Assembly (NCBI GenBank): GCA_964057225.1
Contig: OZ059894.1
Location: 23,622,001-23,686,000, forward strand
DNA from: Auanema rhodensis
Lineage: Eukaryota > Animalia > Nematoda
Direction: 5' to 3'
Length of the DNA stretch: 64,000 nucleotides
In this document: piece by piece, positions 25,476 to 39,200 of the stretch
How positions within the stretch are numbered: the first letter of the stretch is position 1
Layout: each line of letters opens with the position of its first letter
Program-made: the position numbers and the translations under genes
The notes under the pieces: model-generated
Seen by the model: only the letters and a program-made list of their open reading frames with translations
Database searches by the model: none
Told to the model about the DNA's origin: nothing

Positions 25476-28400
25476 TTAATTTATGCTAATTAAATGTACA
25501 CGTGATGTGCACTTGGTATGTAACTCGCTTCACGTGAAAGATAAAGAGATGCGGTTTTCAAAATTAGATTCCCCATGTCCATATTAGTCTAAAAACAAAT
25601 TTTTATTGATATTGGTGCATGGTAACCATGACTTTGAAATTTACGTGAACTTTAATTTATGCTAATTAAATGTACACGTGATGTGCACTTGGTATGTAAC
25701 TCGCTTCACGTGAAAGATAAAGAGATGCGGTTTTCAAAATTAGATTTCTCATGTCCATATTAGTCTAAAAACAAATTTTTATTGATATTGGTGCATGGTA
25801 ACCATGACTTTGAAATTTACGTGAACTTTAATTTATGCTAATTAAATGTACACGTGATGTGCACTTGGTATGTAACTCGCTTCACGTGAAAGATAAAGAG
25901 ATGCGGTTTTCAAAATTAGATTTCTCATGTCCATATTAGTCTAAAAACAAATTTTTATTGATATTGGTGCATGGTAACCATGACTTTGAAATTTACGTGA
26001 ACTTTAATTTATGCTAATTAAATGTACACGTGATGTGCACTTGGTATGTAACTCGCTTCACGTGAAAGATAAAGAGATGCGGTTTTCAAAATTAGATTCC
26101 CCATGTCCATATTAGTCTAAAAACAAATTTTTATTGATATTGGTGCATGGTAACCATGACTTTGAAATTTACGTGAACTTTAATTTATGCTAATTAAATG
26201 TACACGTGATGTGCACTTGGTATGTAACTCGCTTCACGTGAAAGATAAAGAGATGCGGTTTTCAAAATTAGATTCCCCATGTCCATATTAGTCTAAAAAC
26301 AAATTTTTATTGATATTGGTGCATGGTAACCATGACTTTGAAATTTACGTGAACTTTAATTTATGCTAATTAAATGTACACGTGATGTGCACTTGGTATG
26401 TAACTCGCTTCACGTGAAAGATAAAGAGATGCGGTTTTCACAATTAAATTCCCCATGTCCATATTAGTCTAAAAACAAATTTTTATTGATATTGGTGCAT
26501 GGTAACCATGACTTTGAAATTTACGTGAACTTTAATTTATGCTAATTAAATGTACACGTGATGTGCACTTGGTATGTAACTCGCTTCACGTGAAAGATAA
26601 AGAGATGCGGTTTTCAAAATTAGATTCCCCATGTCCATATTAGTCTAAAAACAAATTTTTATTGATATTGGTGCATGGTAACCATGACTTTGAAATTTAC
26701 GTGAACTTTAATTTATGCTAATTAAATGTACACGTGATGTGCACTTGGTATGTAACTCGCTTCACGTGAAAGATAAAGAGATGCGGTTTTCAAAATTAGA
26801 TTCCCCATGTCCATATTAGTCTAAAAACAAATTTTTATTGATATTGGTGCATGGTAACCATGACTTTGAAATTTACGTGAACTTTAATTTATGCTAATTA
26901 AATGTACACGTGATGTGCACTTGGTATGTAACTCGCTTCACGTGAAAGATAAAGAGATGAGGTTTTCAAAATTAGATTCCCCATGTCCATATTAGTCTAA
27001 AAACAAATTTTTATTGATATTGGTGCATGGTAACCATGACTTTGAAATTTACGTGAACTTTAATTTATGCTAATTAAATGTACACGTGATGTGCACTTGG
27101 TATGTAACTCGCTTCACGTGAAAGATAAAGAGATGCGGTTTTCAAAATTAGATTCCCCATGTCCATATTAGTCTAAAAACAAATTTTTATTGATATTGGT
27201 GCATGGTAACCATGACTTTGAAATTTACGTGAACTTTAATTTATGCTAATTAAATGTACACGTGATGTGCACTTGGTATGTAACTCGCTTCACGTAAAAG
27301 ATAAAGAGATGCGGTTTTCAAAATTAGATTCCCCATAACCATATTAGTCTAAAAACAAATTTTTATTGATATTGGTGCATGGTAACCATGACTTTGAAAT
27401 TTACGTGAACTTTAATTTATGCTAATTAAATGTACACGTGATGTGCACTTGGTATGTAACTCGCTTCACGTGAAAGATAAAGAGATGCGGTTTTCAAAAT
27501 TAGATTCCCCATGTCCATATTAGTCGAAAAACAAATTTTTATTGATATTGGTTCATGGTAACCATGACTTTGAAATTTACGTGAACTTTAATTTATGCTA
27601 ATTAAATGTGCACGTGATGTGCACTTGGTATGTAACTCGCTTCACGTGAAAGATAAAAAGATGCGGTTTTCAGAATTAGATTCCCCATGTCCATATTAGT
27701 CTAAAAACAAATTTTTATTGATATTGGTTCATGGTAACCATGACTTTGAAATTTACGTGAACTTTAATTTATGCTAATTAAATGTACACGTGATGTGCAC
27801 TTGGTATGTAACTCGCTTCACGTGAAAGATAAAGAGATGCGGTTTTCAAAATTAGAATCCCCATGTCCATATTAGTCTAAAAACAAATTTTTATTGATAT
27901 TAATTCATGGTAACCATGATTTTGAAATTTACGTGAACTTTAATTTATGCTAATTAAATGTACACGTGATGTGCACTTGGTATGTAACTCGCTTCACGTG
28001 AAAGATAAAGAGATGCGGTTTTCAAAATTAGATTTCTCATGTCCATATTAGTCTAAAAACAAATTTTTATTGATATTGGTGCATGGTAACCATGACTTTG
28101 AAATTTACGTGAACTTTAATTTATGCTAATTAAATGTACACGTGGTGTGCACTTGGTATGTAACTCGCTTCACGTGAAAGACAAAGAGATGCGGTTTTCA
28201 AAATTGGATTCCCCATGTCCATATTAGTCTAAAAACAAATTTTTATTGATATTGGTGCATGGTAACCATGACTTTGAAATTTACGTGAACTTTAATTTAT
28301 GCTAATTAAATGTACACGTGATGTGCACTTGGTATGTAACTCGCTTCACGTGAAAGATAAAGAGATGCGGTTTTCAAAATTAGATTCCCCATGTCCATAT

Positions 28401-31400
28401 TAGTCTAAAAACAAATTTTTATTGATATTGGTGCATGGTAACCATGACTTTGAAATTTACGTGAACTTTAATTTATGCTAATTAAATGTACACGTGATGT
28501 GCACTTGGTATGTAACTCGCTTCACGTGAAAGATAAAGAGATGCGGTTTTCAAAATTAGATTCCCCATGTCCATATTAGTCTAAAAACAAATTTTTATTG
28601 ATATTGGTGCATGGTAACCATGACTTTGAAATTTACGTGAACTTTAATTTATGCTAATTAAATGTACACGTGATGTGCACTTGGTATGTAACTCGCTTCA
28701 CGTGAAAGATAAAGAGATGCGGTTTTCAAAATTAGATTCCCCATGTCCATATTAGTCTAAAAACAAATTTTTATTGATATTGGTGCATGGTAACCATGAC
28801 TTTGAAATTTACGTGAACTTCAATTTATGCTAATTAAATGTACACGTGATGTGCACTTGGTATGTAACTCGCTTCACGTGAAAGATAAAGAGATGCGGTT
28901 TTCAAAATTAGATTCCCCATGTCCATATTAGTCGAAAAACAAATTTTTATTGATATTGGTTCATGGTAACCATGACTTTGAAATTTACGTGAACTTTAAT
29001 TTATGCTAATTAAATGTACACGTGATGTGCACTTGGTATGTAACTCGCTTCACGTGAAAGATAAAGAGATGCGGTTTTCAGACCTAGATTCCCCATGTCC
29101 ATATTAGTCTAAAAACAAATTTTTATTGATATTGGTTCATGGTAACCATGACTTTGAAATTTACGTGAACTTTAATTTATGCTAATTAAATGTACACGTG
29201 ATGTGCACTTGGTATGTAACTCGCTTCACGTGAAAGATAAAGAGATGCGGTTTTCAAAATTAGAATCCCCATGTCCATATTAGTCTAAAAACAAATTTTT
29301 ATTGATATTAATTCATGGTAACCATGATTTTGAAATTTACGTGAACTTTAATTTATGCTAATTAAATGTACACGTGATGTGCACTTGGTATGTAACTCGC
29401 TTCACGTGAAAGATAAAGAGATGCGGTTTTCAAAATTAGAATCCCCATGTCCATATTAGTCTAAAAACAAATTTTTATTGATATTGGTGCATGGTAACCA
29501 TGACTTTGAAATTTACGTGAACTTTAATTTATGCTAATTAAATGTACACGTGATGTGCACTTGGTATGTAACTCGCTTCACGTGAAAGATAAAGAGATGC
29601 GGTTTTCGAAATTAGATTCCCCATGTCCATATTAGTCTAAAAACAAATTTTTATTGATATTGGTGCATGGTAACCATGACTTTGAAATTTACGTGAACTT
29701 TAATTTATGCTAATTAAATGTACACGTGATGTGCACTTGGTATGTAACTCGCTTCACGTGAAAGATAAAGAGATGCGGTTTTCAAAATTAGATTCCCCAT
29801 GTCCATATTAGTCTAAAAACAAATTTTTATTGATATTGGTGCATGGTAACCATGACTTTGAAATTTACGTGAACTTTAATTTATGCTAATTAAATGTACA
29901 CGTGATGTGCACTTGGTATGTAACTCGCTTCACGTGAAAGATAAAGAGATGCGGTTTTCAAAATTAGAATCCCCATGTCCATATTAGTCTAAAAACAAAT
30001 TTTTATTGATATTAATTCATGGTAACCATGATTTTGAAATTTACGTGAACTTTAATTTATGCTAATTAAATGTACACGTGATGTGCACTTGGTATGTAAC
30101 TCGCTTCACGTGAAAGATAAAGAGATGCGGTTTTCAACATTAGATTCCCCATGTCCATATTAGTCTAAAAACAAATTTTTATTGATATTGGTTCATGGTA
30201 ACCATGACTTTGAAATTTACGTGAACTTTAATTTATGCTAATTAAATGTACACGTGATGTGCACTTGGTATGTAACTCGCTTCACGTGAAAGATAAAGAG
30301 ATGAGGTTTTCAAAATTAGATTCCCCATGTCCATATTAGTCTAAAAACAAATTTTTATTGATATTGGTGCATGGTAACCATGACTTTGAAATTTACGTGA
30401 ACTTTAATTTATGCTAATTAAATGTACACGTGGTGTGCACTTGGTATGTAACTCGCTTCACGTGAAAAACAAAGAGATGCGGTTTTCAAACTTAGATTCC
30501 CCATGTCCATATTAGTGTAAAAACAAATTTTTATTGATATTGGTGCATGGTAACCATGACTTTGAAATTTACGTGAACTTTAATTTATGCTAATTAAATG
30601 TACACGTGATGTGCACTTGGTATGTAACTCGCTTCACGTGAAAGATAAAGAGATGCGGTTTTCAAAATTAGAATCCCCATGTCCATATTAGTCTAAAAAC
30701 AAATTTTTATTGATATTAATTCATGGTAACCATGATTTTGAAATTTACGTGAACTTTAATTTATGCTAATTAAATGTACACGTGATGTGCACTTGGTATG
30801 TAACTCGCTTCACGTGAAAGATAAAGAGATGCGGTTTTCAAAATTAGATTTCTCATGTCCATATTAGTATAAAAACAAATTTTTATTGATATTGGTGCAT
30901 GGTAACCATGACTTTGAAATTTACGTGAACTTTAATTTATGCTAATTAAATGTACACGTGGTGTGCACTTGGTATGTAACTCGCTTCACGTGAAAGACAA
31001 AGAGATGCGGTTTTCAAAATTAGATTCCCCATGTCCATATTAGTCTAAAAACAAATTTTTATTGATATTGGTGCATGGTAACCATGACTTTGAAATTTAC
31101 GTGAACTTTAATTTATGCTAATTAAATGTACACGTGATGTGCACTTGGTATGTAACTCGCTTCACGTGAAAGATAAAGAGATGCGGTTTTCAAAATTAGA
31201 TTCCCCATGTCCATATTAGTCTAAAAACAAATTTTTATTGATATTGGTGCATGGTAACCATGACTTTGAAATTTACGTGAACTTTAATTTATGCTAATTA
31301 AATGTACACGTGATGTGCACTTGGTATGTAACTCGCTTCACGTGAAAGATAAAGAGATGCGGTTTTCAAAATTAGATTCCCCATGTCCATATTAGTCTAA

Positions 31401-33219
31401 AAACAAATTTTTATTGATATTGGTTCATGGTAACCATGTCTTTGAAAATTACGTGAACTTTAATTTATGCTAATTAAATGTACACGTGATGTGCACTTGG
31501 TATGTAACTCGCTTCACGTGAAAGATAAAGAGATGCGGTTTTCAAAATTAGATTCCCCATGTCCATATTAGTCTAAAAACAAATTTTTATTGATATTGGT
31601 GCATGGTAACCATGACTTTGAAATTTACGTGAACTTTAATTTATGCTAATTAAATGTACACGTGATGTGCACTTGGTATGTAACTCGCTTCACGTGAAAG
31701 ATAAAGAGATGCGGTTTTCAAAATTAGATTCCCCATGTCCATATTAGTCTACAAACAAATTTTTATTGATATTGGTGCATGGTAACCATGACTTTGAAAT
31801 TTACGTGAACTTCAATTTATGCTAATTAAATGTACACGTGATGTGCACTTGGTATGTAACTCGCTTCACGTGAAAGATAAAGAGATGCGGTTTTCAAAAT
31901 TAGATTCCCCATGTCCATATTAGTCTAAAAACAAATTTTTATTGATATTGGTGCATGGTAACCATGACTTTGAAATTTACGTGAACTTTAATTTATGCTA
32001 ATTAAATGTACACGTGATGTGCACTTGGTATGTAACTCGCTTCACGTGCAAGATAAAGAGATGTGGTTTTCAAAATTAGATTCCCCATGTCCGTATTAGT
32101 CTAAAAACAAATTTTTATTGATATTGGTTCATGGTAACCATGACTTTGAAATTTACGTGAACTTTAATTTATGCTAATTAAATGTACACGTGATGTGCAC
32201 TTGGTATGTAACTCGCTTCACGTGAAAGATAAAGAGATGCGGTTTTCAAAATTAGATTCCCCATGTCCATATTAGTCTAAAAACAAATTTTTATTGATAT
32301 TGGTGCATGGTAACCATGACTTTGAAATTTACGTGAACTTTAATTTATGCTAATTAAATGTACACGTGATGTGCACTTGGTATGTAACTCGCTTCACGTG
32401 AAAGATAAAGAGATGCGGTTTTCAAAATTAGATTCCCCATGTCCATATTAGTCTAAAAACAAATTTTTATTGATATTGGTTCATGGTAACCATGTCTTTG
32501 AAAATTACGTGAACTTTAATTTATGCTAATTAAATGTACACGTGATGTGCACTTGGTATGTAACTCGCTTCACGTGAAAGATAAAGAGATGCGGTTTTCA
32601 AAATTAGATTCCCCATGTCCATATTAGTCTAAAAACAAATTTTTATTGATATTGGTGCATGGTAACCATGACTTTGAAATTTACGTGAACTTTAATTTAT
32701 GCTAATTAAATGTACACGTGATGTGCACTTGGTATGTAACTCGCTTCACGTGAAAGATAAAGAGATGCGGTTTTCAAAATTAGATTCCCCATGTCCATAT
32801 TAGTCTAAAAACAAATTTTTATTGATATTGGTTCATGGTAACCATGACTTTGAAATTTACGTGAACTTTAATTTATGCTAATTAAATGTACACGTGATGT
32901 GCACTTGGTATGTAACTCGCTTCACGTGAAAGATAAAGAGATGCGGTTTTCAAAATTAGATTCCCCATGTCCATATTAGTCTAAAAACAAATTTTTATTG
33001 ATATTGGTTCATGGTAACCATGTCTTTGAAAATCACGTGAACTTTAATTTATGCTAATTAAATGTACACGTGATGTGCACTTGGTATGTAACTCGCTTCA
33101 CGTGAAAGATAAAGAGATGCGGTTTTCAAAATTAGATTCCCCATGTCCATATTAGTCGAAAAACAAATTTTTATTGATATTGGTTCATGGTAACCATGAC
33201 TTTGAAATTTACGTGAACT

Positions 33220-36200
33220 TTAATTTATGCTAATTAAATGTACACGTGATGTGCACTTGGTATGTAACTCGCTTCACGTGAAAGATAAAAAGATGCGGTT
33301 TTCAAAATTAGATTCCCCATGTCCATATTAGTCTAAAAACAAATTTTTATTGATATTGGTTCATGGTAACCATGACTTTGAAATTTACGTGAACTTTAAT
33401 TTATGCTAATTAAATGTACACGTGATGTGCACTTGGTATGTAACTCGCTTCACGTGAAAGATAAAGAGATGCGGTTTTCAAAATTAGAATCCCCATGTCC
33501 ATATTGGTCTAAAAACAAATTTTTATTGATACTGGTTCATGGTAACCATGACTTTGAAATTTACGTGAACTTTAATTTATGCTAATTAAATGTACACGTG
33601 ATGTGCACTTGGTATGTAACTCGCTTCACGTGAAAGATAAAGAGATGCGGTTTTCAAAATTAGAATCCCCATGTCCATATTAGTCTAAAAACAAATTTTA
33701 TTGATATTAATTCATGGTAACCATGATTTTGAAATTTACGTGAACTTTAATTTATGCTAATTAAATGTACACGTGATGTGCACTTGGTATGTAACTCGCT
33801 TCACGTGAAAGATAAAGAGATGCGGTTTTCAAAATTAGATTCCCCATGTCCATATTAGTCTAAAAACAAATTTTTATTGATATTGGTGCATGGTAACCAT
33901 GACTTTGAAATTTACGTGAACTTTAATTTATGCTAATTAAATGTACACGTGATGTGCACTTGGTATGTAACTCGCTTCACGTGAAAGATAAAGAGATGCG
34001 GTTTTCAAAATTAGATTCCCCATGTCCATATTAGTCTAAAAACAAATTTTTATTGATATTGGTGCATGGTAACCATGACTTTGAAATTTACGTGAACTTT
34101 AATTTATGCTAATTAAATGTACACGTGATGTGCACTTGGTATGTAACTCGCTTCACGTGAAAGATAAAGAGATGCGGTTTTCAAAATTAGATTCCCCATG
34201 TCCATATTAGTCTAAAAACAAATTTTTATTGATATTGGTGCATGGTAACCATGACTTTGAATATTACGTGAACTTTAATTTATGCTAATCAAATGTACAC
34301 GTGATGTGCACTTGGTATGTAACTCGCTTCACGTGAAAGATAAAGAGATGCGGTTTTCAAAATTAGATTCCTCATGTCCATAGTAGTCTAAAAACAAATT
34401 TTTATTGATATTGGTGCATGGTAACCATGACTTTGAAATTTACGTGAACTTTAATTTATGCTAATTAAATGTACACGTGATGTGCACTTGGTATGTAACT
34501 CGCTTTACGTGAAAGATAAAGAGATGCGGTTTTCAAAATTAGATTCCCCATGTCCATAGTAGTCTAAAAACAAATTTTTATTGATATTGGTGCATGGTAA
34601 CCATGACTTTGAAATTTACGTGAACTTTAATTTATGCTAATTAAATGTACACGTGATGTGCACTTGGTATGTAACTCGCTTCACGTGAAAGATAAAGAGA
34701 TGCGGTTTTCAAAATTAGATTCCCCATGTCCATATTAGTCTACAAACAAATTTTTATTGATATTGGTGCATGGTAACCATGACTTTGAAATTTACGTGAA
34801 CTTTAATTTATGCTAATTAAATGTACACGTGATGTGCACTTGGTATGTAACTCGCTTCACGTGAAAGATAAAGAGATGCGGTTTTCAAAATTAGATTCCC
34901 CATGTCCATATTAGTCTACAAACAAATTTTTATTGATATTGGTGCATGGTAACCATGACTTTGAAATTTACGTGAACTTCAATTTATGCTAATTAAATGT
35001 ACACGTGATGTGCACTTGGTATGTAACTCGCTTCACGTGAAAGATAAAGAGATGCGGTTTTCAAAATTAGATTCCCCATGTCCATATTAGTCTAAAAACA
35101 AATTTTTATTGATATTGGTTCATGGTAACCATGACTTTGAAATTTACGTGAACTTTAATTTATGCTAATTAAATGTACACGTGATGTGCACTTGGTATGT
35201 AACTCGCTTCACGTGCAAGATAAAGAGATGTGGTTTTCAAAATTAGATTCCCCATGTCCGTATTAGTCTAAAAACAAATTTTTATTGATATTGGTTCATG
35301 GTAACCATGACTTTGAAATTTACGTGAACTTTAATTTATGCTAATTAAATGTACACGTGATGTGCACTTGGTATGTAACTCGCTTCACGTGCAAGATAAA
35401 GAGATGTGGTTTTCAAAATTAGATTCCCCATGTCCGTATTAGTCTAAAAACAAATTTTTATTGATATTGGTTCATGGTAACCATGACTTTGAAATTTACG
35501 TGAACTTTAATTTATGCTAATTAAATGTACACGTGATGTGCACTTGGTATGTAACTCGCTTCACGTGAAAGATAAAGAGATGCGGTTTTCAAAATTAGAT
35601 TCCCCATGTCCATATTAGTCTAAAAACAAATTTTTATTGATATTGGTGCATGGTAACCATGACTTTGAAATTTACGTGAACTTTAATTTATGCTAATTAA
35701 ATGTACACGTGATGTGCACTTGGTATGTAACTCGCTTCACGTGAAAGATAAAGAGATGCGGTTTTCAAAATTAGATTCCCCATGTCCATATTAGTCTAAA
35801 AACAAATTTTTATTGATATTGGTTCATGGTAACCATGTCTTTGAAAATTACGTGAACTTTAATTTATGCTAATTAAATGTACACGTGATGTGCACTTGGT
35901 ATGTAACTCGCTTCACGTGAAAGATAAAGAGATGCGGTTTTCAAAATTAGATTCCCCATGTCCATATTAGTCTAAAAACAAATTTTTATTGATATTGGTG
36001 CATGGTAACCATGACTTTGAAATTTACGTGAACTTTAATTTATGCTAATTAAATGTACACGTGATGTGCACTTGGTATGTAACTCGCTTCACGTGAAAGA
36101 TAAATAGATGCGGTTTTCAAAATTAGATTCCCCATGTCCATATTAAACTAAAAACAAATTTTTATTGATATTGGTGCATGGTAACCATGACTTTGAAATT

Positions 36201-39200
36201 TACGTGAACTTCAATTTATGCTAATTAAATGTACACGTGATGTGCACTTGGTATGTAACTCGCTTCACGTGAAAGATAAAGAGATGCGGTTTTCAAAATT
36301 AGATTCCCCATGTCCATATTATTCTAAAAACAAATTTTTATTGATATTGGTTCATGGTAACCATGACTTTGAAATTTACGTGAACTTTAATTTATGCTAA
36401 TTAAATGTACACGTGATGTGCACTTGGTATGTAACTCGCTTCACGTGAAAGATAAAGAGATGCGGTTTTCAAAATTAGATTCCCCATGTCCATATTAGTC
36501 TAAAAACAAATTTTTATTGATATTGGTGCATGGTAACCATGACTTTGAAATTTACGTGAACTTTAATTTATGCTAATTAAATGTACACGTGATGTGCACT
36601 TGGTATGTAACTCGCTTCACGTGCAAGATAAAGAGATGTGGTTTTCAAAATTAGATTCCCCATGTCCGTATTAGTCTAAAAACAAATTTTTATTGATATT
36701 GGTTCATGGTAACCATGACTTTGAAATTTACGTGAACTTTAATTTATGCTAATTAAATGTACACGTGATGTGCACTTGGTATGTAACTCGCTTCACGTGC
36801 AAGATAAAGAGATGTGGTTTTCAAAATTAGATTCCCCATGTCCGTATTAGTCTAAAAACAAATTTTTATTGATATTGGTTCATGGTAACCATGACTTTGA
36901 AATTTACGTGAACTTTAATTTATGCTAATTAAATGTACACGTGATGTGCACTTGGTATGTAACTCGCTTCACGTGAAAGATAAAGAGATGCGGTTTTCAA
37001 AATTAGAATCCCCATGTCCATATTAGTCTAAAAACAAATTTTTATTGATACTGGTTCATGGTAACCATGACTTTGAAATTTACGTGAACTTTAATTTATG
37101 CTAATTAAATGTACACGTGATGTGCACTTGGTATGTAACTCGCTTCACGTGAAAGATAAAGAGATGCGGTTTTCAAAATTAGATTCCCCATGTCCATATT
37201 AGTCTAAAAACAAATTTTTATTGATATTAATTCATGGTAACCATGATTTTGAAATTTACGTGAACTTTAATTTATGCTAATTAAATGTACACGTGATGTG
37301 CACTTGGTATGTAACTCGCTTCACGTGAAAGATAAAGAGATGCGGTTTTCAAAATTAGATTCCCCATGTCCATATTAGTCTAAAAACAAATTTTTATTGA
37401 TATTGGTGCATGGTAACCATGACTTTGAAATTTACGTGAACTTTAATTTATGCTAATTAAATGTACACGTGATGTGCACTTGGTATGTAACTCGCTTCAC
37501 GTGAAAGATAAAGAGATGCGGTTTTCAAAATTAGAATCCCCATGTCCATATTAGTCTAAAAATAAATTTTTATTGATACTGGTTCATGGTAACCATGACT
37601 TTGAAATTTACGTGAACTTTAATTTATGCTAATTAAATGTACACGTGATGTGCACTTGGTATGTAACTCGCTTCACGTGAAAGATAAAGAGATGCGGTTT
37701 TCAAAATTAGATTCCCCATGTCCATATTAGTCTAAAAACAAATTTTTATTGATATTAATTCATGGTAACCATGATTTTGAAATTTACGTGAACTTTAATT
37801 TATGCTAATTAAATGTACACGTGATGTGCACTTGGTATGTAACTCGCTTCACGTGAAAGATAAAGAGATGCGGTTTTCAAAATTAGATTCCCCATGTCCA
37901 TATTAGTCTAAAAACAAATTTTTATTGATATTGGTGCATGGTAACCATGACTTTGAAATTTACGTGAACTTTTATTTATGTTAATTAAATGTACACGTGA
38001 TGTGCACTTGGTATGTAACTCGCTTCACGTGAAAGATAAAGAGTTGCAGTTTTCAAAATTAGATTCCCCATGTCCATATTAGTCTAAAAACAAATTTTTA
38101 TTGATATTGGTGCATGGTAACCATGACTTTGAAATTTACGTGAACTTTAATTTATGCTAATTAAATGTACACGTGATGTGCACTTGGTATGTAACTCGCT
38201 TCACGTGAAAGATAAAGAGATGCGGTTTTCAAAATTAGATTCCCCATGTCCATATTAGTCTAGAAACAAATTTTTATTGATATTGGTTCATGGTAACCAT
38301 GTCTTTGAAAATCACGTGAACTTTAATTTATGCTAATTAAATGTACACGTGATGTGCACTTGGTATGTAACTCGCTTCACGTGAAAGATAAAAAGATGCG
38401 GTTTTCAAAATTAGATTCCCCATGTCCATATTAGTCTAAAAACAAATTTTTATTGATATTGGTTCATGGTAACCATGACTTTGAAATTTACGTGAACTTT
38501 AATTTATGCTAATTAAATGTACACGTGATGTGCACTTGGTATGTAACTCGCTTCACGTGAAAGATAAAGAGATGCGGTTTTCAAAATTAGAATCCCCATG
38601 TCCATATTGGTCTAAAAACAAATTTTTATTGATACTGGTTCATGGTAACCATGACTTTGAAATTTACGTGAACTTTAATTTATGCTAATTAAATGTACAC
38701 GTGATGTGCACTTGGTATGTAACTCGCTTCACGTGAAAGATAAAGAGATGCGGTTTTCAAAATTAGAATCCCCATGTCCATATTAGTCTAAAAACAAATT
38801 TTATTGATATTAATTCATGGTAACCATGATTTTGAAATTTACGTGAACTTTAATTTATGCTAATTAAATGTACACGTGATGTGCACTTGGTATGTAACTC
38901 GCTTCACGTGAGAGATAAAGAGATGCGGTTTTCAAAATTAGATTCCCCATGTCCATATTAGTCTAAAAACAAATTTTTATTGATATTGGTGCATGGTAAC
39001 CATGACTTTGAAATTTACGTGAACTTTAATTTATGCTAATTAAATGTACACGTGATGTGCACTTGGTATGTAACTCGCTTCACGTGAAAGATAAAGAGAT
39101 GCGGTTTTCAAAATTAGATTCCCCATGTCCATATTAGTCTAAAAACAAATTTTTATTGATATTGGTGCATGGTAACCATGACTTTGAAATTTACGTGAAC

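Noticed and set aside
33403-33585. 60-aa ORF (also at 38506-38688 and 40089-40271) as a protein-coding gene
   Set aside because: It is simply a satellite monomer with TAG>TGG. The period of 176 is not a multiple of 3, about 360 sibling copies retain the stop, and there is no recognisable domain or gene context.
36218-36400. 60-aa ORF opened by TAG>TAT
   Set aside because: A single point variant in one satellite monomer, with no evidence of coding function.
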